Assembly: GCA_951406725.2 (NCBI GenBank)
Contig: OX597823.1
Coordinates: forward strand, 19,096,001-19,160,000
Length of the DNA stretch: 64,000 nucleotides
Source of the DNA: Octopus vulgaris
Lineage: Eukaryota
Direction: 5' to 3'
Part shown: positions 63,951 to 64,000 of the stretch, one piece after another
Position numbering within the stretch: position 1 is the stretch's first letter
Layout: each line of letters begins with the position of its first letter
Notes under the pieces: generated by a model
Seen by the model: only the letters and a program-made list of their open reading frames with translations
Databases searched by the model: none
What the model was told of the DNA's origin: nothing
Made by a program: the position numbers and the translations under genes

Positions 63951-64000
63951 TTATATAGCATTTAGTTGTTAAAAGTTATATCTATTGAATTGGTTATACT

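Noticed and set aside
63499-63972. Repetitive ORFs on both strands
   Set aside because: A consequence of a stop-free 30-bp repeat unit.

Overview
AT-rich, repeat-dense eukaryotic DNA. It is most likely octopus (cephalopod), inferred from the tRNA-derived SINE families and microsatellite content. I could not identify a host protein-coding gene. Most ORFs in the supplied track are chance frames in SINEs, microsatellites or minisatellites. The recognisable coding remnants are all transposon-derived: RTE and CR1-like LINE 3' ends, an internally deleted mariner, MULE transposase fragments and a probable Penelope endonuclease remnant. The window also holds three SINE families, non-autonomous Helitrons, piggyBac-, hAT- and Merlin-like MITEs, and several minisatellites. 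Two CpG-retaining zones (about 7.7-10 kb and 46.8-48.3 kb) carry initiator-like and splice-donor motifs and may be promoters of long-intron transcripts. The most interesting signal is a set of type I hammerhead ribozyme motifs (20.2, 20.5, 27.9, 40.7, 45.7, 57.5 kb). The standout is a TSD-flanked, tRNA-headed non-coding element at 20118-20643 that carries a hammerhead and has Penelope-type architecture (inverted 5' copy lacking a 34-nt 3' tail). It is a candidate ribozyme-bearing SINE mobilised by Penelope-like elements. All calls were made by eye; no searches or folding computations were run.
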